A stretch of DNA of 64,000 bases from positions 2,944,001 to 3,008,000 of the forward strand of contig OY970342.1 in the NCBI GenBank assembly GCA_963717505.1. The letters run 5' to 3'. This stretch comes from Candidatus Eiseniibacteriota bacterium. Its GTDB lineage: Bacteria > Eisenbacteria > RBG-16-71-46. Each line of letters begins with the position of its first letter. The stretch's first letter is position 1. A model generated the notes under the pieces. The model saw only the letters and a program-made list of their open reading frames with translations, made no database searches and was not told where the DNA came from. Made by a program: the position numbers and the translations under genes. Below are positions 1-12,953 of this stretch, one piece after another.

Positions 1-486
1 GCACCGAGGCATACGCAGATCAAGATGTCCGACGGCGTCAACCCCTTCGAGACCGGTGCCCTCGCGGACACCGTCACCGTCGAAGAGCTGCAATACGCGA
101 ACCTGTCGTTCGACGGCGGCTTCAAGTACAAAGGCTTTTCGTTCCAGGGCGAGTACACGATGCGACGGCTGTCGAACTTCAAGGCGACGGGGCCGGTGCC
201 CGAGAGCAAGCTTGTGGACCACGGGTTCTTCGTGCAGGCCATGCACATGGTCGTTCCCAAGCGCCTCGGCGTGTACGCGACGACCTCGTACATCATGGAC
301 GACTTCGAGCGAAACCCCTGGGAGGTGTCGGGGGGGGCCAGCTTCTACCCCTACGGCAGCCGAAGCTGGCGCATCAACCTGCACTTGATCCGCGTCGAGA
401 AGTCGCCGGCGGGCTCCAACTTTGGCTACTACACCGCCGGTCAGAGTGGCACGACGATCTCGATCGGAACGGACATCCTGCTCTAG
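1..486 (+). CDS. Outer-membrane porin-like beta-barrel protein, C-terminal part (5' truncated); paralog of 3281..4585
   Basis: Frame is open from base 1. QIKMSDGVNPF...SFDGGFKYKGFSFQGEY...DHGFFVQA...NPWEVSGGASFYPY aligns with QIRISDGNPIF...ATDGGVKYKGLSLEGEF...DHGFQLQA...NPWDLRAGINVFPW of the downstream paralog. Confidence 0.75.
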   Translation, partial: APRHTQIKMSDGVNPFETGALADTVTVEELQYANLSFDGGFKYKGFSFQGEYTMRRLSNFKATGPVPESKLVDHGFFVQAMHMVVPKRLGVYATTSYIMDDFERNPWEVSGGASFYPYGSRSWRINLHLIRVEKSPAGSNFGYYTAGQSGTTISIGTDILL

Positions 487-513
487 GTGAGGCTCGGCGT
501 GGGCGAGCGATGC

Positions 514-2025
514 ATGCGTTGGGTCCTGCGGTCCGGCTTGCTGATCGCGATGCTGGGAATGGCGGTTTCCGTCGGGTGGGCTCAGGCGCCAAAAGCCAAG
601 AAACCCGCCGGGCCCTCGGTGTCGGCTCGTGTCGCCGAGCAGAATAAGCAGATCGAAGCGCAGCAGGCGACGATCGAGACGCAGCGGGCACTGCTCGACA
701 CGCTCTCGGCCGTGGCCGACAGCCAGACGGTCCGGATCGCGACGCAGCAAGCACAGTTGAGTGCTCTCGAAGCCCAGCTCGTCCAGATGAAGAATCGTCT
801 CGAGGCGCTCGAAAGCCAAGCCAACTTCCCGGCGTGGGAGGACTCGCTCGAGAAACGTCTCCGGCAGGTCGAGGCTGCGGCACACAAGTCTCCTGAGCTG
901 CCGCCCGACATCGTCTCGGCCGGTGACTTCCCGGGATCGATCCGGATCCCGGGCACGGACGCGGCCATCAAGTTCGGCGGACGGATTCGCACATCGATGG
1001 TCCTGACGCTCGATCCACTCGGAACCGACGATCGGTTTCTGACGAACTCAATTCCGGTCGGGCAGCCGGTCACAGGCGAGGCGAAACGGACCAGTATCTC
1101 GGCGCGAGCGAGCCGGCTGAACATCGAGTTCCGCACGCCTGGTGGTGCCGGAGGAGCTGCGCGCGTTCTTCGAGGGCGATTTTGCGGGCGCGGGCAACAC
1201 CTATCGGATGCGACACGCGTATGCGCAATACCGCGGCTTCATGGTCGGGCAGACCTGGTCGACGTTCTCCGACCCCTGGGTCGAGCTGGAGGACCTGGAC
1301 TTCGAGGGTGTCAGCTCGGAGAACGTCATCCGCCAGCCGCAGATTCGTTACTGGTGGTCGCCCAAGCCCAACACCCGACTCGCGGTTGCGGTGGAGACCC
1401 CTTCCGTGTCGATCACCGGCGCCCTCGGGGTCAATTTGTTCCCAGATGTCATTGCGCGAGGCTTCTGGGGGCACCGAGCATGGTGGCCACATCCAGCTGG
1501 CGGGCGTGGCTCCGTCAGATTCGCGGCCAAACCGAAACCGGCCTCGTGCGCTCCGAATGGGGCGGCGGTGGCAGTCTGACCGGTGTCGCGACGGTGCCGT
1601 TCCGCGGTCTGACCGATCGCTTCCTGTTTCAGGTGAACGGCGGGTACGGGATCGCCCGGTACATCAACGACCTCAACTCGGCCGGTGGGCTGGACGCCGT
1701 GTTCGACACCACCAGCCAGGAGCTGAAGCCCGTGCCCGCGATCGGCTGGTACCTGGCGTACGAGCATCGCTGGAAGGAATGGGAGATGGTCGAGACCATG
1801 AATCTCCGCTCAACCGTCCTCTGGAGCGTGGTGGTGGTCGACAACCTCGACATCCAGCCTCCCGACGCCTACCGGCGCACCCATCGCTTCGCGGCCAACG
1901 TCGTGTTTTCACCGGCGCCGCGTGCGGATCTTGGACTGGAGTACCTCTTCGGAACTCGAACCAACAAGGACGGGCAAAACGGCCGCGCCAACCAGTTCCA
2001 GTTGGTGGCGCTGCTGCGCTTCTGA
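514..2025 (+). CDS. DcaP-family trimeric outer-membrane porin with N-terminal coiled coil (compensating indels near 1145, 1480, 1505)
   Basis: Signal peptide, heptad-rich coiled coil, GDFPGSIRIPGTDAAIKFGG and SRLNIEFRTP. Frame 1142 carries FFEGDF...RMRHAY...GQTWSTFSD...IRQPQIRY. C-terminal Phe (LLRF). Confidence 0.8.
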   Translation: MRWVLRSGLLIAMLGMAVSVGWAQAPKAKKPAGPSVSARVAEQNKQIEAQQATIETQRALLDTLSAVADSQTVRIATQQAQLSALEAQLVQMKNRLEALESQANFPAWEDSLEKRLRQVEAAAHKSPELPPDIVSAGDFPGSIRIPGTDAAIKFGGRIRTSMVLTLDPLGTDDRFLTNSIPVGQPVTGEAKRTSISARASRLNIEFRTPGGAGGAARVLRGRFCGRGQHLSDATRVCAIPRLHGRADLVDVLRPLGRAGGPGLRGCQLGERHPPAADSLLVVAQAQHPTRGCGGDPFRVDHRRPRGQFVPRCHCARLLGAPSMVATSSWRAWLRQIRGQTETGLVRSEWGGGGSLTGVATVPFRGLTDRFLFQVNGGYGIARYINDLNSAGGLDAVFDTTSQELKPVPAIGWYLAYEHRWKEWEMVETMNLRSTVLWSVVVVDNLDIQPPDAYRRTHRFAANVVFSPAPRADLGLEYLFGTRTNKDGQNGRANQFQLVALLRF

Positions 2026-2056
2026 TCGTCGGCGTCACGACCCATGGGGGCACACT

Positions 2057-3132
2057 ATGAAACGAGCCTGCGAACTGCCACGCGTGCTGGCCGCGTTGAT
2101 CCCGCTACTGATCGGCGCCGTGGCGCACGCCGCTCCGGCCGCGCAGCCGAGCAACCCCTGTTTCACGACAGCCACGTCCACCTGACGAACTACGTCCAGG
2201 AGGGCATTACCGCCAAGCAGTTCCTGAAGGTGATGGGGACTCGCGTCGGACGCTCGACGCTGTTCGGCATTCCGCTCCAGCAGCAGTGGTCGCACCGTGT
2301 GTCCGGAGACGACAAGCCGACCTACTACCTCGACACCGATTCTCCGCTCTACTACTACTCGTTCTGCGACGCATTCATCGCCATGGAATACCGCTCACTG
2401 ACCAAGAGCGAGCAGGCCCGGTTCGACCCAATGATCATCGGGTTCAACCCGACCGACATGTACGCCGCGGACCACATTCGCCGAGTGCTGCAGACGTTTC
2501 CGGGCGTGTTCGTCGGCATCGGCGAGTTTACGATCCACAAGGAGTTCGTCTCGCCCAAGGTCGCCGGCGACGTGGCGAGTCTCAGCGATCCGGCGCTCGA
2601 CCGCATCTTCGAATTCGCCGCCGAGACCGGGCTGGTCACGTTGATCCACAGCGACATCGCCAAGCCGTTCCCGAAGGCCGCGACCACCGACTATCTGCCG
2701 GAGATGAAGGATCTGTTTCGCCGCCATCCGAATACCACCACCATCTGGGCCCACATCGGACTCGGGCGGGTCATCCATCCGGTCAAGGACCAGGTGGTCG
2801 CGATCGAGGAGATGCTGCGCGACCCGGCGTACAGCCACGTGCACTTCGACATCTCGTGGGACGAGGTCAACAAGTACGCGATCGCAAGCGATGCGGCGAT
2901 CGAGCGGGTGGCCGACGTGCTCAACCGATATCCCGATCGATTCCTGTTCGGGACCGACACCGTGGCGCCGCGCGACGAGCAGGCGTACTTCGCTGTCTAC
3001 CACTTGTGGGATCCGGTGTGGGAGCGACTGACACCCGAGGCGCGGGAGAAGGTGACGAAAGGCAATTACGAGCGCTTGTTCGACGCCGGGCGCGTCAAGG
3101 TGCGGGCGTGGGAGAAGAAGCACTCGAAGTAG
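2057..3132 (+). CDS. Secreted/periplasmic amidohydrolase-family metallohydrolase (frameshift near 2160)
   Basis: ATG 2057 gives signal peptide MKRACELPRVLAALIPLLIGAVAHA. The frame then shifts into DSHVH (HxH), GIGEF, IHSD, WAHIG, FDISW and RFLFGTD, the TIM-barrel metal ligands. Confidence 0.85.
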
Positions 3133-3185
3133 GCCGTAGGCTGAGTCAAGAGGTAGCTGCCTACCAGTCGCGGGCGGGGTGGTGT

Positions 3186-3213
3186 CCGGACCTCAGCGGG
3201 TCCGGCTTCCTTT
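3186..3213 (+). terminator. Possible intrinsic terminator
   Basis: Hairpin CCGGACC-tcagcg-GGTCCGG followed by CTTCCTTT, downstream of the amidohydrolase stop. Confidence 0.4.
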
Positions 3214-3280
3214 ACGCAATGAGTCGATTCCGCAGAGGTCGCGCGCGGAGTCAGCGGTGATGGGTACCGGAGGTGAGTGT

Positions 3281-4585
3281 ATGAGGGGACTTGATGGGCC
3301 GTTCACGATCGCATCTATTGCGCTGGCGATGACCTTCACGGCGAATGTCGCCTTGGCACAGGGTGACATCGACAGCACCGGTACCTATGGCAGCTACATC
3401 CCGAACGCGGGATTCAAGGTGGCCAGTACCGACAAGGGCGACCTCTCCATCCGCGTCTACACCTACGTCCGGTATCTCAACCAGAACGGGCTCGATGCGA
3501 CCTACACGGACTCGTTCGGGAAGACGAGCACGATCCAGCGTCGCCATGACATCATGTTCCAGAAGGCGGTCATCTTCTTCCAGGGCTGGTTGATGGACCC
3601 GAAGTTCAAGTACGTCACCTACGTCTGGACCTCCAACACCAGCATGGGGCAGGGCGCGCAGGTCGTCGTGGCCGGCAGCCTGAACTACGTCTTCCGCAAG
3701 GAGTTCCTGCTGGGTGGTGGCGTCGACGGCCTGCCGGGCGTGCGGGCGACCGAGGGGAATTTCCCCTACTGGTTGACAGTGGACAATCGCCTGATGGCCG
3801 ACGAATACTTCCGCCCGTCCTACACCATGGGCGTTTGGGCGAGGGGCGTGGTCCTCGATCGTCTCATCTACCGCGCTATGTTGGGCAACAACCTGAGCCA
3901 GCTGGGCGTAGATGCCGGCCAGCTCGACAACAAGCTGAACACGATGTCGGCGGCTCTGATCTGGCTGCCGACGACAGGCGAGTTCGGGACCAATGGCGGT
4001 TTCGGGGACTTCGACGACCATAAGACCGTGGCGACCCGGCTCGCGGCCCACTACACCACCAGCACCGAGAGCCGTCAGGGCGCGCCGACCACGAGCGCGT
4101 TCGAGAACGTCCAGATCCGCATCTCGGACGGGAACCCGATCTTCGCTCCCGATCTGTTTGGCGCCGGCGTCCAGGTGAACAACGCCGACTACCACATGTT
4201 CGCGACCGATGGCGGCGTCAAGTACAAGGGGCTGTCGCTCGAAGGCGAGTTCTACTGGCGACGGATCGACACGCTACAGGGTCCTGGGGTCGAGACGCTC
4301 GGCTTCAGCAAGCTCGAGGACCACGGATTTCAGCTGCAGGCCTCGGGTATGCTGATGCCCCAGACGCTCCAAGTGTACGGGGGTCTGTCGAAGATCTACG
4401 GTCAGCACGGGAACCCGTGGGACCTGAGGGCCGGCATCAACGTGTTCCCGTGGAAGAACTACGTCGGGCGTTGGAACACGGAGGTTCTGCACACCAAGCG
4501 GAGTGCGACGGGTGGTGCGAGCCTTCCTAGCGTCGTCGGTGGCACCGGGGATGTCATCTACTCGAGCATGCAAATCAACTTCTGA
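3281..4585 (+). CDS. Outer-membrane porin-like beta-barrel protein
   Basis: GGAGGT RBS before ATG 3281; signal peptide ending VALA-Q; amphipathic beta strands; C-terminal Phe (MQINF); paralog of 1..486. Confidence 0.75.
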   Translation: MRGLDGPFTIASIALAMTFTANVALAQGDIDSTGTYGSYIPNAGFKVASTDKGDLSIRVYTYVRYLNQNGLDATYTDSFGKTSTIQRRHDIMFQKAVIFFQGWLMDPKFKYVTYVWTSNTSMGQGAQVVVAGSLNYVFRKEFLLGGGVDGLPGVRATEGNFPYWLTVDNRLMADEYFRPSYTMGVWARGVVLDRLIYRAMLGNNLSQLGVDAGQLDNKLNTMSAALIWLPTTGEFGTNGGFGDFDDHKTVATRLAAHYTTSTESRQGAPTTSAFENVQIRISDGNPIFAPDLFGAGVQVNNADYHMFATDGGVKYKGLSLEGEFYWRRIDTLQGPGVETLGFSKLEDHGFQLQASGMLMPQTLQVYGGLSKIYGQHGNPWDLRAGINVFPWKNYVGRWNTEVLHTKRSATGGASLPSVVGGTGDVIYSSMQINF

Positions 4586-4646
4586 GCGGGATCATTGCGG
4601 CCTTGGGCCGTTCCTGCGCAGCACGCGCGCGACGCCAGTCGGTGAA

Positions 4647-6725
<2,079 letters not shown>

Positions 6726-6812
6726 CCGGCCGCGGCCCAGCCGGGTGCCCGGGAGTTAGAACCTGTTGCTAAGACGCGAAGCGACAGCCGCTTACGCCAT
6801 GAAACCACTGTG

Positions 6813-6821
6813 TGCTAGATT
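6813..6821 (+). promoter_or_regulatory. Candidate extended -10 promoter (TG-c-TAGATT) for dnaE
   Basis: TGnTAGATT about 40 nt upstream of ATG 6862. A similar TGcTAGGCT precedes aroK. Confidence 0.35.
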
Positions 6822-6861
6822 CGCGGTCCGACACGACGTTTCCCCTGCGCAGGATGCGCCG

Positions 6862-9800
6862 ATGCGCCACGCCGACTTCGTCCACCTCCACAATCACAGC
6901 GACTACTCGCTGCTCGACGGCGCGAGCCCGATCGCGGGCATGGTGCGCGCGGGCCGCGGAGCTGCGCATGCCCGCCCTGGCGCTCACCGACCACGGCTCG
7001 CTGTTCGGCGCGGTCGAGTTCTACCAGGAGGCGCGCAACGGCCGGGGTCAAGCCGATCGTGGGCATGGAGGCCTACGTCACCCGCGGCAGCCGCCACGAC
7101 CGCACCCGCGAGACCGCCCACCACCTGGTGCTGCTGGCGCGCGACGAGCGCGGCTTCAAGAACCTGATGCGGCTCTCTTCGCTCGCGTTCCTCGAGGGCT
7201 TCTACTACAAGCCGCGCGTCGACCACGAGATCCTGAGCCAGCATGCCGAGGGGCTGCTGGCGCTCTCGGCCTGCCCCAAGGGCGAGGTCGGCGACCGACC
7301 TGCTCGCCGACAACGAGGAGGCGGCGTTCCAGACCGCGACATCGCTACCGCGACATGTTCGGGGCCGAGAACTACTTCCTCGAGATCCAGAACCACGGAC
7401 TCGAGATCGAGGACGAAGATCCGCGGCAAGGTCGAGGCCCTGGCGCGCGCGCACCGGGATCCCGCTGGTCGCGACCAACGACTGCCACTACCTGCAGCAC
7501 GAGGACGCCGACGGCCCACGACGTGCTGCTGTGCATCCAGACCGGCAAGATCGGTCGACGACGCGAATCGCATGCGTTACGAGACCGATCAGGTCTACTT
7601 CAAGTCGGCCGACGAGATGCGCGCGCGCTTCAGCGACCATCCGCGAGGCGCTGCGCAACACCATCGCGATCGCCGAGCGCTGCAACCTCAGACTCGACTT
7701 CGGCCAGCCGCTGCTGCCCGAGTTCCCGCTGCCGCGAGGGGCGGACCAGCGCCGAGGATTACCTGCGCGAGCTTGCGGCCGAGGGGGTGCGCCAGCGCTT
7801 CAGCCACGTGAGCGACGAAGCGCGGAAGCGCCTCGAGTACGAGCTGGACGTCATCTGCCGCATGGGCTTCGCGTCGTACTTCCTGATCGTGCGCGACTTC
7901 ATCGCACTTCGCGCGCAGCCAGCGGGCATCGGCGTCGGTCCGGGCCGCGGCTCGGTGGCCGGCTCGCTGGTCGCCTACGCGCTGCGGCATCACCGACGTC
8001 GACCCGCTCAAGCACGGGCTCTATCTTCGAGCGCTTCCTCAACCCCGAGCGCGTGTCGATGCCCGACATCGACATCGACTTCGACGATCTGCGGCGCGGC
8101 GAGGTCATCGAGTACGTGACGACAGAAGTACGGCGAGGACAACGTCACCCAGATCATCACGTTCGGCACCATGGGCGCCAAGGGCGTGGTGCGCGACGTC
8201 GGCCGCGCGCTGGGCATGGCGTTCGCCGAGGTCGACCGATCGCGAAGCTGGTGCCCGACGGCCTCGGCATGACGCTGGAGCGGGCGCTCGAGCTGTCGCC
8301 GGACCTGAAGAGCCTGCCGGCGCGCGGGCCCGTCATTCGCGCAGGCTGCTGCACAGCGCGCAAGGTGCTCGAGGGGCTCGCGCGTCACGCCTCGACCCAC
8401 GCCGCCGGCGTGCTGATCACGCCCGGGCCGCTGCTCGACTACGTGCCGCTCTACCGGCAGAAGGACGAGTCGATCACCACCCAGTGGGACATGAAGTCGG
8501 TCGAGAAGGCCGGGCTGCTCAAGATGGACTTCCTCGGCCTGCGCACGCTGTCGGTGCTCGACGAGGCCGTGCAGCTGGTCGAAGCGACACCACGGCGTCG
8601 AGATCGACCTCGACCTCCTGCCCGAGGACGACGCCGGCGGCCTACCGCGTGTTCCAGGACGCCGACACGGTGGCGATCTTCCAGTTCGAGTCGGCCGGCA
8701 TGCGCGACTACCTGCAAGCAGCTCAAGCCCACGCGTGTTCGACGACCTGGTGGCGATGAACGCGCTCTACCGGCCCGGTCCGATGGAGAACATTCCCGTA
8801 CTTCATCGACTGCAAGCACGGCCGCCAGGTGGCGCGCTACGACCATCCCGGCGCTCGAGCCGATCCTCAAGGGCACCTACGGCGTGTTCGTCTACCAGGA
8901 GCAGGTGATGGCCGCAGCCAACGTGCTCGCCGGCTTCTCGCTGGCCCAGGCCGACGAGCTGCGCCGCGCGATGGGCAAGAAGCGGCCGGAGGAGATGGAG
9001 GCCAAGCGCGCGGAGTTCGTCGACGGCTGCGCGAAGAACCAAGATTCCCCGCGCGAAGGCCGAGAAGATCTTCGCGACCATGGAGAAGTTCGCGGGCTAC
9101 GGTTTTAACAAGTGTGTGGTGGCCGAGACGGAGATCATCGACGCGAGGACGGGCGAGCGGACGACCGTCGGAGACCTCTATCGAAAACCGCGTCCGTTCA
9201 CTATTCATGCGCTCGATGACGAGCTGCGGCTCGTCCCCCGCCGGGTCGTGGATGTGATGGCCAACGGACGGAAGCCGGTGTTCAAAGTGCGCACCGCACA
9301 GGGACGAAGCATCCGAGCGACTGGCAATCACCCGTTCTTCACCGTGGCTGGGTGGCGCACGGTCGATGAGCTTCGGGCCGGTGACCTCGTGGCGACGGCG
9401 AGGGCCATCCCCGTTGAGAGCAGGAAGCGGTGGGAAGAGCATGAGGTGATCGCACTCGCTGGCCTGCTGGCGGAGGGCAATACCTGTCACCCGACCACTC
9501 TTTACTTCTACTCGATGACTCCTGAAATCATCGCGGACTTCTCGCGAGCCATTGCTTCATTTGAGAACACAACCGCGCGCATTCACGTGAGACGTAACGG
9601 CCTCCTGGAAGTTCAAGCGAATTTGGGAAGCGTCCGAGAGGGTGATCAGCCATCGTATTCAGCAGTCGTCGGGAATACTGCATTGGTCATGGACGACGTG
9701 CCTCGACGTTCTGGCGCTTTTCGTTGGGCACAGAGTCTTGGGATCACTGGCAAGAAAGCGACCGAGAAGCGGATTCCTGCTGAGGTTTTCGAGCTCCGTG

Positions 9801-11656
9801 AAGGGGACCTCGAACTGTTCCTTGGGCGACTGTGGTCAGGAGATGGCTTCATTTCCGATGCTCGGGGAAGCGCACCCTTCTACGCGACCTCGTCGCTTGG
9901 ACTCGCTCGCGATGTGCGCGACCTGCTCCTCAGGCTACGAATCCTTTGTCGCATTCACACCAAGTCGTTTCGCTACCGAGGGGGACACCGCCCTGGCTAC
10001 ACCGTCCATCTGGTGGGGGATGGCGCACGCGAGACGTTCCTGAAGCGCGTAGTGCCGCACATCGTTGGCCGAGGTGAGCAGGTTGATCGATACCGCATGC
10101 AGGTATCTGAACGTCCACAGTACAGGATGAGCATCGACATCGTCCCGGTGGGGGCATGGAAGGAGATCGAAGCCCGACGGTTGCAGCGGGGTTGGACCCG
10201 CGAGGAAATGGTCCGCCGTGCGGGACTCCGTGGACTCACGCGGACCTGGGGCCGGGGAGTAGTCAAGAGAGGGTTCCGGCGGCAAACGATCCAGAAACTC
10301 GGCAGAGCTCTGGAGTCTCCTCAGCTGCGGGCGTTGGGTGATTCGGATGTCCTGTGGGATCGAATCGTTTCGATCGAAACTGACGGCAAAGCGGAGACCT
10401 TCGATCTCACGGTCGAAGAACATCACAACTTCCTCGCCGACGGCTTCATTGTCCACAATTCGCACTCCGCCGCCTACGCGCTGCTCGCCTACCAGTCCGC
10501 CTGGCTCAAGGCGCACCATCCCGCCGAGTTCATGGCCGCGACGATGACCAGCGAACTCGCCGACAGCTCGCGCATCGCGACGCTGGTGGAAGAGTGCAAG
10601 CGCATGAAGCTCGCGTTGTTGCCACCGGACGTGAATGCCTCGGAGTGGCGCTTCGGCATCGAGAACGGGGCGATCCGCTACGGCCTCGGTGCGGTGCGCA
10701 ACGTCGGTCAGGCGGCGGTCGAGGGTATCGTCCAGGCGCGCGCCGAAGGCGGACCGTTCCGGGATTTGTTCGACGTCGCGATGCGGGCGGGGGCGAAGCT
10801 CAACCGGAGAGTGCTCGAAAGCCTGGTCGGCGCCGGCGCCTGCGACGCATTGGGCAGCGACCGGGCCACGATGTTCGCCGGCAGTGCTCGCGTGCTCGAT
10901 CAATCCGCGGCGATCCAACGCGAGCGCTCGAGTGGCCAGTCGTTGTTGTTCGGCGACGACGCGAGTGCCCTCGCGGTGGTCGCGCCGGCGCTTCCCATGT
11001 CCGAACCGTGGACCGGGCGCGAGCGCAGCGCACGCGAGAAAGAGTCCCTGGGCTTCTACCTGACCGAGCATCCTCTCGAGCCCTTGCGTGAAAGCCTGCC
11101 CGAGGTGGCGTCCCATACCGCGGTGGAAGCGCTCGCCTGTGAAGATCAAACCGAGGTGCGGCTCGCGGGCCTGATCGGCGACCTCAAGACGTTCGCGACG
11201 CGCAGCGGCCGCCTGATGGCCGGCGGCGTGATCGAGGACTTGAGCGGTCGCATCGAGTGCACGTTGTTCCCGGACTTGTACGAGACCATGAAAGAGCGCC
11301 TGGGCGGCGACGAGGTGTTCGTGATCAGCGGCCGCGTCGAGATCCGAGATCTGGGCACCAAGGTCCTGGTGTCCGAGATCCGACCGTACGCCGAGGCGCG
11401 CGAGACCTACCGGCCCGTGCTGCACCTCGAGGTGCGGGCCGAGGACTTGTCGGTGCCGTGGCTCGAACGGGTCGACCACGTGCTGTCCGCCCACCCCGGG
11501 GACTGCGAGGTGTATCTTCACATCGTGATGCCCGACCGGTCGCGCAACGCCAGCCGGTCGCGTCGCTATCGCGTGGCGCGCGGCGAGGGGATCGTCGCGG
11601 CGTTGCGCGAGGACTTCCCGGCGCTGCGCCCGCGCTGGGGTCGGGGGGTGCCGTGA
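6862..11656 (+). CDS. dnaE: DNA polymerase III alpha subunit, intein-containing; many apparent sequencing frameshifts 6950-9060
   Basis: [82 protein letters not shown]|[15 protein letters not shown] and the C-terminal OB fold, spread across frames. Confidence 0.97.
9113..10459 (+). mobile_element. Intein (449 aa) with LAGLIDADG homing endonuclease, inserted in DnaE at GYGFNK|SH
   Basis: Starts Cys (CVVAETEI), block B RATGNHPF, endonuclease motifs LAGLLAEGN and [10 protein letters not shown], ends [21 protein letters not shown] followed by Ser(+1). Codons are more AT-rich than in the exteins. Confidence 0.96.
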
Positions 11657-12621
11657 CCGTCTGGCTGGACTTCGAGAAGCCGGTGATCGAGCTCGAGGAG
11701 AAGATCCGCGAGTTGCGCGCGCACGCGACCGCCAAAGGGCTCGACGCCCACGCGGAGCTGGCCGACCTCGAGCGCAAGGCCGAGTCACTGCGACGCGACG
11801 TGTACGCGTCGCTGACTCCCTACCAGCGCGTCCAGCTCGCCAAACATCCGCGCCGTCCCTACACGCTCGACTACATCGAGCAATGCTTCACCGAGTGGAC
11901 CGAGCTGCACGGCGATCGCCACTTTGGCGACGATCCGGCGATCGTGGGCGGCCTCGCGCTGCTCGGGGATCGGCCGGTGATGGTGATGGGGCACCAGAAG
12001 GGGCGCGACACGAAGGAGAATCTCTACCGCCGGTTCGGCATGGCCAATCCCGAGGGCTACCGGAAGGCGCTCCGACTGATGCAGCTCGCGAACCGTTTCC
12101 GGGTCCCGATCGTGACGCTGGTCGACACGCCGGGGGCTTACCCGGGTCTGGGCGGGGAGGAGCGCGGTCAGGCCGAGGCGATCGCGGTCAACCTGCGCGA
12201 GATGGCGGTGCTCGAAGTGCCGATCGTGACGGTCATCATCGGCGAAGGCGGATCGGGGGGCGCCCTCGGCATCGCGGTCTCGGACGTCGTGCTCATGTTC
12301 GAGAACGCGGTCTACTCGGTGATCTCGCCGGAGGGCTGCGCGGCCATCCTGTGGCGCGACGCCAAGAAGGCGCCGCAGGCGGCGGAAGCACTCAAGCTCA
12401 CGGCCGTGGACCTGCAACGCCTGGGGGTGATCGACGGCGTATTGCCGGAGCCGGTGGGCGGGGCTCACCGCGATCCCGCGACCGCGGCAGCCACGCTCAC
12501 CCGTGGCCTGAAACAGCAGCTCGAGGCGCTGGCGCCGGTTCCGCCCTTCGATCTGATCGAGCGGCGGCTAATGCGTTTCCGGCGCATGGGCGTGGTCGAG
12601 GAAGCGGGCGCAAAGTCTTGA
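11653..12621 (+). CDS. accA: Acetyl-CoA carboxylase carboxyltransferase alpha subunit
   Basis: GTG overlaps the dnaE stop (GTGA). [56 protein letters not shown]; classic dnaE-accA order. Confidence 0.97.
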   Translation: MTVWLDFEKPVIELEEKIRELRAHATAKGLDAHAELADLERKAESLRRDVYASLTPYQRVQLAKHPRRPYTLDYIEQCFTEWTELHGDRHFGDDPAIVGGLALLGDRPVMVMGHQKGRDTKENLYRRFGMANPEGYRKALRLMQLANRFRVPIVTLVDTPGAYPGLGGEERGQAEAIAVNLREMAVLEVPIVTVIIGEGGSGGALGIAVSDVVLMFENAVYSVISPEGCAAILWRDAKKAPQAAEALKLTAVDLQRLGVIDGVLPEPVGGAHRDPATAAATLTRGLKQQLEALAPVPPFDLIERRLMRFRRMGVVEEAGAKS

Positions 12622-12785
12622 CCGTCACGGCGCGTGACTGATAGGGTTTTTGCGCCGTCGCTCCCCCTCAGAGGATCCTTCCCAACGCTCCTGGTTACGG
12701 GCAGGCCGCAGGCAGCACACCTTGTCACCCAGCCACCCGAACCCGGGATCCTGCCGCTTCGGCTCCGGAATGTGAGGCGTCATTC

Positions 12786-12953
12786 ATGGCGATCAGTCCC
12801 GATCTCCTGACCATCCTCGTATGTCCTGCATGCAAGGGCGATCTGGTGTATGACCCAGCGGGCGCGACGCTGACGTGCAATGCGTGCCGCCTGCGGTATC
12901 GGATCGAGGACGACATTCCGGTGATGCTGGTCGAGGAGGCGCAGAAGTTCTGA
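12786..12953 (+). CDS. Trm112/YcaR-family small zinc-binding protein (55 aa, not in ORF track)
   Basis: Manual translation MAISPDLLTILVCPACKGDLVYDPAGATLTCNACRLRYRIEDDIPVMLVEEAQKF. Confidence 0.92.
   Translation: MAISPDLLTILVCPACKGDLVYDPAGATLTCNACRLRYRIEDDIPVMLVEEAQKF

Noticed and set aside
487-2025. ORF-track 512-aa protein as the true sequence
   Set aside because: Its middle part (about 1145-1505) is out of frame; the DcaP motifs lie in other frames and three indels restore the frame.
6862-9080. dnaE as a pseudogene, split gene or programmed-frameshift gene
   Set aside because: Too many scattered single-base indels with no slippery sites, motifs fully conserved and the gene is essential; best explained as sequence error.
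9113-10459. Split intein of the cyanobacterial DnaE type
   Set aside because: The intein is contiguous, contains an endonuclease and uses a different insertion site.
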